From assembly GCA_963702845.1 (NCBI GenBank), contig OY969763.1, forward strand, positions 3,680,001 to 3,744,000: a DNA stretch of 64,000 nt, read 5' to 3'. The position numbers and the translations under genes are program-made. This DNA is from an uncultured Verrucomicrobiae bacterium (GTDB lineage Bacteria > Verrucomicrobiota > Verrucomicrobiia > Limisphaerales > Palsa-1400). Shown piece by piece: positions 28,199 to 37,467 of the stretch (position 1 is the first letter of the stretch; every line of letters starts with the position of its first letter). The notes under the pieces were generated by a model. That model did not search any database. It was not told the DNA's origin and saw only the letters and a list, made by a program, of their open reading frames with translations.

Positions 28199-29002
28199 AT
28201 GCTATTACTGTTCGACATCGGCAACACCAACACGCATGTCGGGCTGGCGAACAATCGGAAGGTCATTCGCCAGACCAATGTGCCGACCAAGGATTGGAAA
28301 ACCGGTCGCGCCGCAAAGGCCGTTTCCAATTTCGTTCGTTCCAGCGCCATTGAGGGCGTCGCCCTTTGCAGCGTTGTCCCAAAGATGACGCCGCTGGTCG
28401 CGAACCTTGCCGCACGGAAATACGATGTTCAAGTCCTGGAACTGACCGCTGATACGGCGACGGTTGGCATCGATTATCCAAACCCGCGCACCATCGGCCC
28501 TGACCGTCTCGCGAATTCCATTGCGGTGGCCCATAATTTCGGCGCACCGGCCATCGTGGTCGATTTCGGCACGGCTGTAACATTCGACGTCGTAAATAAA
28601 AAAGGCGATTACGTCGGCGGCATTATCGCTCCCGGCCTGAGCGTCATGACCGATTACCTGCACGAAAAAACCGCGCTTCTGCCGAAAATTAAGATTCGCG
28701 AAACGCGAGCTGTCATTGGCAAAAACACGGAGGAAGCGATGCTCATCGGCGCTGTGCACGGGTATCGCGGCTTGATTCGAAATTTGATTTCCGAACTGAA
28801 GCAACAATTAAAGGCGCGCCGCCTGCCTGTGGTGGCGACCGGTGGTTACGCGGAGTTAATCAGCGCGAAAATACCGGAAATTACTAAGGTCGATCCCCTG
28901 CTCACGCTCGAAGGTCTGCGGTTGTTGTGGGAAACTCATGCGTCTTGCCCATGTTGTCATGGTGGTGAACCTCCGTGCGCGTTGCGGGATGGGGATGTTT
29001 AG
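28199..29002 (+). CDS. coaX: Type III pantothenate kinase
   Basis: DIGNTN, SVVP, IGPDR, VVDFGTA.TFD, GGIIAPG, ATGG, LTLEGL. Confidence 0.95.
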   Translation: MLLLFDIGNTNTHVGLANNRKVIRQTNVPTKDWKTGRAAKAVSNFVRSSAIEGVALCSVVPKMTPLVANLAARKYDVQVLELTADTATVGIDYPNPRTIGPDRLANSIAVAHNFGAPAIVVDFGTAVTFDVVNKKGDYVGGIIAPGLSVMTDYLHEKTALLPKIKIRETRAVIGKNTEEAMLIGAVHGYRGLIRNLISELKQQLKARRLPVVATGGYAELISAKIPEITKVDPLLTLEGLRLLWETHASCPCCHGGEPPCALRDGDV

Positions 29003-29654
29003 TGCGTTGCGAGTGTTTAGTGCGTTGCCACAGTGCACTGTAAATTAAGCCTGCGTCCGCTTCGACGCGGCCTTTGAGTTCGAAACCTGCTCTGGTCAAA
29101 AACGGATCAGGCGAACAAATCTCCCGCGCAGTGATTCTGGTCGTGAGCCGGAAGAATGTGTAGGCGGCGCGCAAAACAGCTTTGGCGCGCCATTTTGGCC
29201 AACCGCGCTGCGGAACGGCAAAATCCGTTACCAACCAAATCGCTGAATCACTCGCACACGCCGCGAGTTCAGCAATCACTTGCTGCAATTGCTCGGGGGT
29301 GAAGCAATCGAGGAAGCAGTTGGTTACAATTAAATCGAAAGTTTGCTCCGGCAGATTTAATCCCGGTGCCGTCGCTTGCAGAAACTGCGCGCGGGTTGGA
29401 TCACCACCGCCCTGTGTCCATCGACGTTCAGCCTGGCGCAACATTTGGGCGCTCGCATCGACCACGGTGAATTTCGCTTGTGGTAAAGCCTGCGCACAAA
29501 CTTCAAGAAATCTTCCATTCCCCTCCCCAACCAGTAACGCTCGACGGCACTCGCGCACCGAGTTCAACCAATGCACGCGACAGCGTTGCAATTTTTCCCC
29601 GGCGAGAATCGCCTCCATCCAGCGATAGTGCGGCGCGAGCAAATCGAAACTCAT
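28902..29654 (-). CDS. Class I SAM-dependent methyltransferase
   Basis: MSFDLLAPHY; LLVGEGNGRF, VDAS, FDLIVT..FLD. The start overlaps the upstream stop (ATGA). Confidence 0.85.
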   Translation of the reverse strand: MSFDLLAPHYRWMEAILAGEKLQRCRVHWLNSVRECRRALLVGEGNGRFLEVCAQALPQAKFTVVDASAQMLRQAERRWTQGGGDPTRAQFLQATAPGLNLPEQTFDLIVTNCFLDCFTPEQLQQVIAELAACASDSAIWLVTDFAVPQRGWPKWRAKAVLRAAYTFFRLTTRITAREICSPDPFLTRAGFELKGRVEADAGLIYSALWQRTKHSQRTKHPHPATRTEVHHHDNMGKTHEFPTTTADLRA

Positions 29655-30028
29655 GCGACGGCCACTTTCAATTGCCGACGATTCCACCACGCCCACGCCA
29701 CAATCGCGCCGACGGTGTAAACAACCACGTCCCAAATATCTCCAGTCGTGCGCATGATGTGTGGCCCAATCCATTCGAAGAGCACGGACCAGATCACGAG
29801 ATGAAACAGAATCTCAGTCACATCGGGCATGGCATCGGTTTTCCTCAATCCGACCTTGCGTTGCATCCATAAGATGATTGGCAGCGCACATGGGATGAGG
29901 AGCATGTCATTGAAATAGCCGTGCAGGAAAACCGAAGCGACGTGCGGTTTAATAAGCCATCGATTCACCACATACAAAGCACAGCAAGCGACGCAGAGCG
30001 GATCGAGCGCGTAGCGAAACGGCTTCAT
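29651..30028 (-). CDS. Hypothetical membrane protein
   Basis: 125 aa hydrophobic ORF with YFND, FEW and GDIWDV motifs. Confidence 0.75.
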   Translation of the reverse strand: MKPFRYALDPLCVACCALYVVNRWLIKPHVASVFLHGYFNDMLLIPCALPIILWMQRKVGLRKTDAMPDVTEILFHLVIWSVLFEWIGPHIMRTTGDIWDVVVYTVGAIVAWAWWNRRQLKVAVA

Positions 30029-30160
30029 AGCAGCGCCAGAATCATTAAACCGAAACCGAGCGCGAGACCAAATTTGAGCAGAACAATCATAACGGCAATT
30101 TGAACGTTAACGGCAACACGTCAACGACAGACGAAACGTAGCCGCAGTTCATTCGAAAGC

Positions 30161-31618
30161 TTACGCGCCGCTAAGGTCGATCATCACCGGCTTTTTGCGG
30201 AACCAATTTGTTTTATAACCGGCATAGACGATGCCAAGCGCGCACCAAATTCCGCCGTACGTTTTGGCCTCCGTCGGCAGAAAGACCCAAATCACCGCGC
30301 AAAAAATGAAGCCAAGCACGGGCGAAATCAAATCCCATAGCCAATTGCGTTTGTGGCCAGCGGGAGTGCGGACAACGAATTCGCCGATGACTGACGCGTT
30401 CACCCCCATAAACGCGAGGAACGCCCCGAAGTTGAGAATGGGCACCGCTTGCTCGTAGCTGAGGATAATTGCAATTGAGAGCGCAAGGAATCCAATCAGC
30501 AAAATGTTGAACGTTGGTGAGTTGTGTTTTGGATCGAGCCGACCGAAAAATTTCTTCGGCAGCGCATTGTCACGGCCCATTCCGTAAAGAACGCGCGCGG
30601 CACCGAATTGACCGGTCAACGCGCTCCCGAGTGATGCGACGACCATGATCGCGGCAAAAGTGTCATTGAGAAACACTCCGCCGACTTTTCCGCACACGTC
30701 GAAAAATGCGGTGTCGACGCTCGAGTAGGTGTTGTAATCTGGCCAAACGAGTTGGGCCAGATACACCTGTGCACCGCAAATAATTCCAGTAAGCAAACAC
30801 ACAAGGACGGTCGCGCGCGCAACGGTCTTCTTCGGCTCTTTGACCTCTTCGGACAAGGTCGTGATGCCATCAAAGCCGATGTAGGTCAGGGCAGAGATAG
30901 ACGTCGCGGTCCAAACTGCACCAAGTTGGAAGGTCTTGGAGTTGTAGAACGGTTGAGTTGAAATAAGGCTGTGAAAACCACCGTGACCCGTCAGGAATCG
31001 AATCGCGTCGACGAGGAAAATGACAATCGCCACACTCATGATCGCGAGCAGAATTTCATTCGTACGCGCTGCCCATCGCACACCGCGCACGTTTAAAAAT
31101 GTGGTGAGAGCCGTCAATATGACGACAATCGCAATATAAGTCGGCTGGAGATGTCCGGGCAGTTGCGCCGTGATGTGAAGTGCTTGCAGCACTTGCGTGT
31201 CGATGGATTTCATCGTTTGCGGAAACAATTGCACAACACTGATTGCACCGTAGGCGATGCTGATGACAGGGATGATCAAGTAATCGAGAAACATCGCCCA
31301 ACCGACGATGAAGCCGAGATGAGGATTTAGCGCGCGACCGACATAAGTGTAAGCAGAACCGGCGACCGGATAGTGCGTGGCCATGCGCCCGTAGCTGACT
31401 GCGGTAAACATCATCGCGATCATCGCGATCAGTATCGTTGTCGTGACGTGACCAAACGATTTTTGATTGGCGATTCCGAAAATACCGACAGCGGCGACTG
31501 GTTGAATCAGGACGATGCCATAGAAAACAAGGTCCCACAGTCCAAGCACTCGGCGAAGGTGTGGTTGAGAATCGACGGTCGTTGAGGTGGGCGTGGATGT
31601 TTGCGGTTCGGAAGGCAT
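30161..31618 (-). CDS. APC family amino acid/polyamine permease (PuuP/PlaP-like)
   Basis: LRRVLGLWDLVFYG, AGSAYTY, YIGFDGITTLSEE, ARVLYGMGRD; about 12 TMs. Confidence 0.92.
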   Translation of the reverse strand: MPSEPQTSTPTSTTVDSQPHLRRVLGLWDLVFYGIVLIQPVAAVGIFGIANQKSFGHVTTTILIAMIAMMFTAVSYGRMATHYPVAGSAYTYVGRALNPHLGFIVGWAMFLDYLIIPVISIAYGAISVVQLFPQTMKSIDTQVLQALHITAQLPGHLQPTYIAIVVILTALTTFLNVRGVRWAARTNEILLAIMSVAIVIFLVDAIRFLTGHGGFHSLISTQPFYNSKTFQLGAVWTATSISALTYIGFDGITTLSEEVKEPKKTVARATVLVCLLTGIICGAQVYLAQLVWPDYNTYSSVDTAFFDVCGKVGGVFLNDTFAAIMVVASLGSALTGQFGAARVLYGMGRDNALPKKFFGRLDPKHNSPTFNILLIGFLALSIAIILSYEQAVPILNFGAFLAFMGVNASVIGEFVVRTPAGHKRNWLWDLISPVLGFIFCAVIWVFLPTEAKTYGGIWCALGIVYAGYKTNWFRKKPVMIDLSGA

Positions 31619-31698
31619 GTTGAGGGGAGAGTATGCCGTGGCCCAAAACATTTTCAAAGATTGAAATCGTTCGCACCGCCCCGCTACGATGCGGTGCA

Positions 31699-32178
31699 AT
31701 GAAAATTTCGCGCCGTCACATTCGTTTAACCTATCCTGCCAGCGGGCATTCCGTTCTTGTTGAGATGCTCGATGATGAAGCGCCCAATGTTTGCAAAGCT
31801 GTTTGGGACATGCTACCGATTGAGACGAAAGTCATTCACGGCATGTATTCAGGCGCGGAAGTGTTCGCGATGGTTGAAAATCCGCAACCGTTAACGGGCC
31901 AAAATCTCGTGCAGATTCCCCTGCCCGGCGAACTACTTTATTACTACGAAGCCAATCTCGGCGCTGCCGGCGGCAAAAAACCTGTTGGCGAAATCGTGGT
32001 TGTCTATGGACGCGGCGTCATTTTGCGCGAGCACGAAGGCATTCCAACCAAGTGCAGTTTGTTCGGGCGAATTCCCGGTGACTGGAAATATGATTGGAAC
32101 GCTTTCGCCTTGGAATGCCGGAAGGCCCGTTGGGAAGGGCCTCAAGTGTTGCGCATCGAACGCGTCGAGGAAACCTAG
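31699..32178 (+). CDS. DUF3830-like (cyclophilin-fold) protein
   Basis: AP.VC..VW..LP.....IH..YSG.E and PGELLY pattern, recognised from memory. Confidence 0.7.
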   Translation: MKISRRHIRLTYPASGHSVLVEMLDDEAPNVCKAVWDMLPIETKVIHGMYSGAEVFAMVENPQPLTGQNLVQIPLPGELLYYYEANLGAAGGKKPVGEIVVVYGRGVILREHEGIPTKCSLFGRIPGDWKYDWNAFALECRKARWEGPQVLRIERVEET

Positions 32179-32189
32179 CCCGACGTTTC

Positions 32190-32768
32190 CTAGCGCGAAG
32201 AACGGATGCTGCGGACGTGGTCCTGCACGACGGCGTCATGCAGATCGTAGGTTTGCGAGTTCGCTTCGGTTGAGACCTTTTGCCTGGCTTCAGTTTTGTT
32301 AGCGGCGCGGACGGTGATAACCCTTTCCCAAACCGCTGTGCGTCTCACAATTGCGGTATACTCAGTCTCTTCGATGCGAATTGGCGTTTCCGTTGGAGCA
32401 GCCGATTTGCGATCCCGCAATCGCTTATGCGCAGGCGCGGATGGCGCACGGGCCAAAGGATCAGCAACGGGTTCGGGCGCCAACAAATTGTATTTAATTC
32501 CCACGACCTGCGTCTCAGGTTGGGCTCTCAGGCGTTTGGGAAAAACGAAGTATGAAACATTCTTCTGCTCACGAAAGCCAACCACGCCGAAATCTTTTTT
32601 GTGGGTCCCTATGGTCCGATGGACGGTGAGCACACGATTTTCGCGCACCGCGCGGTTAAAGTGCCGGTCGTCCTTCGGGTCGGTCCAAAGCGTCGCCACG
32701 TAGGGCTTGCCAGCCGCTTTCACCAACTCGGCGAATCGCACCGTCTTGCTCATACCCAAGTTTCGCAT
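32190..32768 (-). CDS. Hypothetical protein
   Basis: 192 aa basic ORF filling the gap between genes; no family recognised. Confidence 0.65.
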   Translation of the reverse strand: MRNLGMSKTVRFAELVKAAGKPYVATLWTDPKDDRHFNRAVRENRVLTVHRTIGTHKKDFGVVGFREQKNVSYFVFPKRLRAQPETQVVGIKYNLLAPEPVADPLARAPSAPAHKRLRDRKSAAPTETPIRIEETEYTAIVRRTAVWERVITVRAANKTEARQKVSTEANSQTYDLHDAVVQDHVRSIRSSR

Positions 32769-32803
32769 AGGAATGCGCCATTTGCACGGGCGGCCGCCCT
32801 GAT

Positions 32804-33496
32804 TTAACGCAGCAACTGTTTCAACGCACCGTCGAACGGTCCATCCGATCCGCCATTCAATGCGCCCATTCGCAATGAAATCACTGCAGCCAACCCCATC
32901 AAATCGCCTTCGTTTTTGATGTTATGAAAGATCTGGTTGGTTATTCCAAAATTTATTTCGCGCTCCTGACGCGGCGCTTCGACATTCGCAAAGTGCGCTT
33001 TTTGCAAAGTCAGGTTCAACGTATCGATGCCCATGAATTCGAATGGCGCGCGGAGTGTTGATGTGCCCAGCTTCGATGGTGCGGGTTTGCCGCTCAGCAC
33101 GGCCGCGTTGCGTTTTTGCAATTGATCGAAATTGGTGTGCCCCTTCTTGTCCTGAAGTACGTCCACTTCGGCCATATTAAACCGCACGAGGCGCAAGTGG
33201 AGTTTACCGGCGCGCGCCGCTTGAACATCGTATTCCACGTGCAGTTCGGGAATGTCCAGGCATTGCGACCCACCGAACTCGGCGGTGTTGTACATCTTGA
33301 AGTTTTCAATCGTCACCGTCGGCGAGAGCAGCCCAATGGATAGTTTGCCGATTTTCACACCCATGCCGGTTTCAGCGCGAATCCGGTTTTGAGCGATTTC
33401 GCGGGCGATAGTGTCCAGCAACAGAATGCCCGCGACGACGAGCACCACGAAAATGATGAACAAATAAAGTGCCCAGCGAAAAAGACGTCTAATCAC
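32804..33496 (-). CDS. Short AsmA-like protein
   Basis: N-terminal anchor, E..TG..V.IG.L.IGLL, beta-rich core, G.TNFD. Confidence 0.7.
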   Translation of the reverse strand: MIRRLFRWALYLFIIFVVLVVAGILLLDTIAREIAQNRIRAETGMGVKIGKLSIGLLSPTVTIENFKMYNTAEFGGSQCLDIPELHVEYDVQAARAGKLHLRLVRFNMAEVDVLQDKKGHTNFDQLQKRNAAVLSGKPAPSKLGTSTLRAPFEFMGIDTLNLTLQKAHFANVEAPRQEREINFGITNQIFHNIKNEGDLMGLAAVISLRMGALNGGSDGPFDGALKQLLR

Positions 33497-34092
33497 AACT
33501 CAATATCCTCCGGCGTTACTTCAAGGCATTCGTCCTGGTCTTCCCAAATGATCATTGGGTAGTGCTCTAAAAACTGAGGCGCCAATTTGTTTCCAGCAAA
33601 TCCCAGCAGTTTTTCGGCTTGTTGCGCCGCGACCTCGTAGGCTTTGTCGTAATTCGGCACGCTCTTGCGCTGGCGATCCTCCCAATGCGCTACGGCGTGA
33701 ACCGGTGCATAATCAGCGCTCCAGTTCTTCACTGCTTCCTGCAACTCCAACGGTAGTTCGTCGAAGGCAACGACCGTTTCCGAGCAGTGCTGACAAACCA
33801 AGCCAGTCTCAAGAATATCGCGGGTCAGCAATGGCGCCATAGGAGCACGGCAACACGGCGATTCAGAGAAGGCTGCTGGAACACTGACGAGCCGTTTCAA
33901 CCAGATTTGGCGACTGTGCCCGACTTCTGCACCGAGCCGAAATGCGCCAATCAATGGATGTGAAAAGCGCCAGACACGGCCCTGCAATTGACCAAGCGTC
34001 TGCGACAACCACCGGGCCAAAGTAAGGTCGTCGAAATCCGCAAACACCCCGTTGTACTCGCGCCAAAGGCGATCTGACGCAGATTCATCCAT
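33493..34092 (-). CDS. Hypothetical protein with Cys motifs
   Basis: SPCCRAP and CQHC motifs; acidic C-terminus; coupled to the downstream gene. Confidence 0.75.
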   Translation of the reverse strand: MDESASDRLWREYNGVFADFDDLTLARWLSQTLGQLQGRVWRFSHPLIGAFRLGAEVGHSRQIWLKRLVSVPAAFSESPCCRAPMAPLLTRDILETGLVCQHCSETVVAFDELPLELQEAVKNWSADYAPVHAVAHWEDRQRKSVPNYDKAYEVAAQQAEKLLGFAGNKLAPQFLEHYPMIIWEDQDECLEVTPEDIEL

Positions 34093-34196
34093 TTGCAGAG
34101 AAGTACAGTTCGAAAGCCCAAAATCGAAAGCAGAAAAATTTCACGCGACCGCAAAAAATATTAGGGCGATGCGGTCAGGTCTTCTACAATGTTCAG

Positions 34197-34850
34197 ATGA
34201 TGTTTGCAGCGATTTTTGATTGGGACGGCGTGATCATCGACTCCTCCCGGCAGCACGAGCTTAGTTGGCAACAAATTGCGCGAGAGCTCCAGCACGAGTT
34301 GCCTCCCGGTTTTTTCAAGAAAAGCTTCGGGATGAAAAACGAGAAAATCATTCCTGAACTGCTCGGCTGGGCTACCGATTCTGAAAATGTCGGTAAAATT
34401 GCGCGCCGGAAAGAGGCGATCTATCGCGAGCTGATTAAGAAGAACGGTATCGAGGCGTTGCCGGGCGTACATGATTTGCTCGAGCAATTGCGCGCCGCGT
34501 CGATTCCTTGCGCCATCGGCTCGTCCAGCGCGCGGGAAAACATCTCGTGCATTATCGATGTGCTTGGCGTTTCGAAATATTTTGACGTGATCATCTGCGG
34601 GGCCGATGTGCATCACGGCAAACCGGACCCGGAAGTATTTCAACTCGCGGCTTCGCGGCTGGGAGTGACGCCTGATAAATGCGTTGTTTTCGAAGACGCG
34701 CATGTCGGATTGGAAGCAGCACGCCGCGCGGCGATGAAGGTTGTTGGCGTTGCCACCACGCATCCTGCGGAGACGTTGCACGATGCGGACATGGTCGTAG
34801 ACCGCCTTACTGAGGTAACGCTCGAAAAACTTAAAGGGCTGTTCAGCTAA
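34197..34850 (+). CDS. HAD family phosphatase (beta-phosphoglucomutase/CbbY-like)
   Basis: FDWDGVIIDS, GKPDPEVF, VFEDA..G. Confidence 0.92.
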   Translation: MMFAAIFDWDGVIIDSSRQHELSWQQIARELQHELPPGFFKKSFGMKNEKIIPELLGWATDSENVGKIARRKEAIYRELIKKNGIEALPGVHDLLEQLRAASIPCAIGSSSARENISCIIDVLGVSKYFDVIICGADVHHGKPDPEVFQLAASRLGVTPDKCVVFEDAHVGLEAARRAAMKVVGVATTHPAETLHDADMVVDRLTEVTLEKLKGLFS

Positions 34851-34851
34851 C

Positions 34852-35157
34852 TCAGTCGCCGAACAACTTCTTCAACTGATCGCGAGCCGACGATTCGCGT
34901 GAATTGGTCTGCTCCTTCGAGACAAAAACGCGCGGCTTAAAATCAAAGTATTCGCAGAAATTTGCCGCGTGCTTCTCTTCCACTGGATCGGCACGGCGGT
35001 CCCGGCATTGGTGCGCCACGCGCGCGTCGTAGGCGGCGCAATTGAGGCAAACACGCAAATCGGAACTGCATTTATGGCAGGTTTCACTGCGACCGGGCTG
35101 CCCCGGAATCGTCCATTCCCAACCGCACTTATGACAATGTCGCGTCATCTTGCTCAT
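34852..35157 (-). CDS. Small Cys-rich Zn-finger protein
   Basis: CHKC, CHKC, CLNC and ANFCEYF motifs. Confidence 0.75.
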   Translation of the reverse strand: MSKMTRHCHKCGWEWTIPGQPGRSETCHKCSSDLRVCLNCAAYDARVAHQCRDRRADPVEEKHAANFCEYFDFKPRVFVSKEQTNSRESSARDQLKKLFGD

Positions 35158-35201
35158 GAGCGCTAAACTGTAGCATCGGTTCGTTTGTTGCCTAGTGCAA
35201 A

Positions 35202-36146
35202 TTACTGGGAACCTTTGCGAAAACATTTCAGGGCCGCGTTGAAGTCTTTCGGTATAGGAGCCTCGAACTTCATCTTCTTTTTTGTGCGCGGATGTTTCAG
35301 CACAATCCGACTGGCATGGAGCATCTGCCGCGTCACCTCACAACCGGTGACTTCCGACAACTTCGCATTCTTGCGGTCGCCATAAATGAGATCACCGACG
35401 ACCGGATAGCCAATGTGCTGAAAATGCACACGAATTTGGTGCGTGCGCCCAGTGTGAATCTGCGCCTCAACATAGGTGACGTTCGCCAGACGTTCGACGA
35501 CTTTGTAGGACGTGTGCGCGTCGCGGCCGTCATCAGTCGCCGTCATCCGTTTTCGATGGGTCGGGTGACGCGCGATCGCCGCCCGAATTTCTCCAGTATC
35601 TTTGGGGAGAAGTCCACAAAGGAGCGCGTGATAAGTCTTCTCCAATGAACGTCCGGAAAATTGCTCGGCCAACGCCAGGTGCGCTTCGTCATTCTTCGCC
35701 ACGACCAAACATCCGCTGGTGTCTTTGTCCAAGCGATGAACAATTCCCGGCCGCGCCACTCCGCCGATGCCACTCAGATTTCCGGCACAATGATGCAGCA
35801 AAGCATTGACCAAAGTATCGGTTTCATGTCCTGCCGCCGGATGCACCACTACTCCCGCCGATTTATTGATCACGAGAAAATCTTTGTCTTCGAACAGCAC
35901 ATCGAGCGGTATGTCTTGCGGTTTAGCTTCAGAGGGTCGCGGCTCCGGCCAATGAATGGAAACCGTTTGACCGGGGCGTGGAAAATGGTTGGGCTTTACC
36001 TTTTTGCCATCGACCAAAATGTGCCCCTCATCCATCAAGCGCTGCAATGTGCTACGCGAAACGGCAGGGAATTTGGTTTTGAGAAAAGTATCCAGCCGCT
36101 CCATCGGGAGCGATTGATCGATCACGACTGTTGCGTCACGGGACAT
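35202..36146 (-). CDS. rluD: RluA-family 23S rRNA pseudouridine synthase
   Basis: S4 domain, NKSAGVVVHP, IVHRLDKDTSG, TGRTHQIRVH, RQMLHA; adjacent to lspA. Confidence 0.92.
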   Translation of the reverse strand: MSRDATVVIDQSLPMERLDTFLKTKFPAVSRSTLQRLMDEGHILVDGKKVKPNHFPRPGQTVSIHWPEPRPSEAKPQDIPLDVLFEDKDFLVINKSAGVVVHPAAGHETDTLVNALLHHCAGNLSGIGGVARPGIVHRLDKDTSGCLVVAKNDEAHLALAEQFSGRSLEKTYHALLCGLLPKDTGEIRAAIARHPTHRKRMTATDDGRDAHTSYKVVERLANVTYVEAQIHTGRTHQIRVHFQHIGYPVVGDLIYGDRKNAKLSEVTGCEVTRQMLHASRIVLKHPRTKKKMKFEAPIPKDFNAALKCFRKGSQ

Positions 36147-36155
36147 TCAGAGGGA

Positions 36156-36183
36156 GTTAACAGTAAGCAGTAATCAGTAAACA
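36156..36183. repeat. Heptamer tandem repeat, (GTWANCA) x4
   Basis: GTTAACA GTAAGCA GTAATCA GTAAACA between lspA and rluD. Confidence 0.6.
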
Positions 36184-36194
36184 GACAAAACTGT

Positions 36195-36737
36195 TCACTG
36201 CTGGGCCGCGCCTGCGACCTGCTGCGCATTTTTCAACTCGGCGTCGCGCTTCCACGAAAGGATGATCAACAAACCGACGCCAACACAGATTGCGCTATCG
36301 GCAATATTAAACGCCGGAAAACCTACTTCTTCCCCACTTCTCTTGTGCAAATAAAACCGCAGGAAATCAATGACCTGGGCGCGATGCGGGTCAAGCCGAT
36401 CGAAGAGATTGCCGATAATACCACCGAAGATCAGCCCGAGAGAAAGTTGTCCGAGCCACGTGCTCGTATCGAATTTGTGCCGCCAGATGAACAACCCGAG
36501 CAATGCAATCAACGAAACGATGGCCAAGGCCGCGTTGCTGTCATGGAATAAACTCCAGGCAGCGCCGGTATTACCCCAGAGAACCAATTTGAAAAAGCCA
36601 TCGACCACGATGTGTTCCCGCGACACGCCGCCCTGGACGGGCCCGAGATATTGCAGCGCCAAATATTTCGTCAATTGGTCGAGCGCGAAGATTACAATGG
36701 CAATCACTGCCATTCGCCGATTTGGTGTCCACTTCAT
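36195..36737 (-). CDS. lspA: Lipoprotein signal peptidase II
   Basis: DQLTK, NTGAAWS, GNLFDR, VIDF, FNIADSAI. Confidence 0.95.
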   Translation of the reverse strand: MKWTPNRRMAVIAIVIFALDQLTKYLALQYLGPVQGGVSREHIVVDGFFKLVLWGNTGAAWSLFHDSNAALAIVSLIALLGLFIWRHKFDTSTWLGQLSLGLIFGGIIGNLFDRLDPHRAQVIDFLRFYLHKRSGEEVGFPAFNIADSAICVGVGLLIILSWKRDAELKNAQQVAGAAQQ

Positions 36738-37417
36738 CTTACAAAAATCACTCGCGTCCCAACGAGAAGGTCGTGCAACGCCCGTTTGTCTTCGCGAAAC
36801 GCGATCAAAAGATAGCCTATGCCGCAGGTGATGTCACTCAGGCGCTCTGCTAACCACCGCGCTGCTGCAACGCCGTAGCCGATGCGCGTGCCGTCGACGC
36901 GAACAATTCGTGCGCCGATCGCCATTTTGCCGAGCGTCGCACCGAAGCTGCCGTTGAAAATGACTTCATACAAAAAGCCGCACGCAAAAATGACCAGCAT
37001 TTGATACGCGAGCAGCGGCCCAAGACTGTGGAAGTAGGCGAATATATCATCGAATGTCCCGAAGCTCGCCGGCGGCGGCGGAAACTTCCAGCCCATCGTT
37101 GCGGCGATTGTTTCCCAAACGAAACCGCACACAAACGACAGCAAAATCCGGTCAACGAGATACGCTCCGAGCCGCGCCCAAAACCCCGCCGGTCGCGCCG
37201 CGTTCACCGCCGCCAATCCCGCTGCGGCGATCACCTGGGTTAACTCGCCGCGAATTTCGGTAAATTGAGCTGCGGGAGACCAAAGGCCGGTGTCACTGCG
37301 CCAGATTGGAGTCGCACCCGCTACGCGACCGTCGCGAATCCACGATTTTAATTCGTCGAGTGTCGCGGGTCCGTATTCGCGTCCGTCGCCTCCAATGATT
37401 TTATACTGGGTTTCCAC
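36734..37417 (-). CDS. GYF_2 plus RDD domain membrane protein
   Basis: YKIIGGDGREYGP; GFWARLGAYLVD; TLGK; KRALHDLL..TRV. Confidence 0.9.
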   Translation of the reverse strand: METQYKIIGGDGREYGPATLDELKSWIRDGRVAGATPIWRSDTGLWSPAAQFTEIRGELTQVIAAAGLAAVNAARPAGFWARLGAYLVDRILLSFVCGFVWETIAATMGWKFPPPPASFGTFDDIFAYFHSLGPLLAYQMLVIFACGFLYEVIFNGSFGATLGKMAIGARIVRVDGTRIGYGVAAARWLAERLSDITCGIGYLLIAFREDKRALHDLLVGTRVIFVR

Positions 37418-37467
37418 AAAGACAGCAGGCGGTGATTAAACAGTGAACCACGCAAAACACAATGGTT

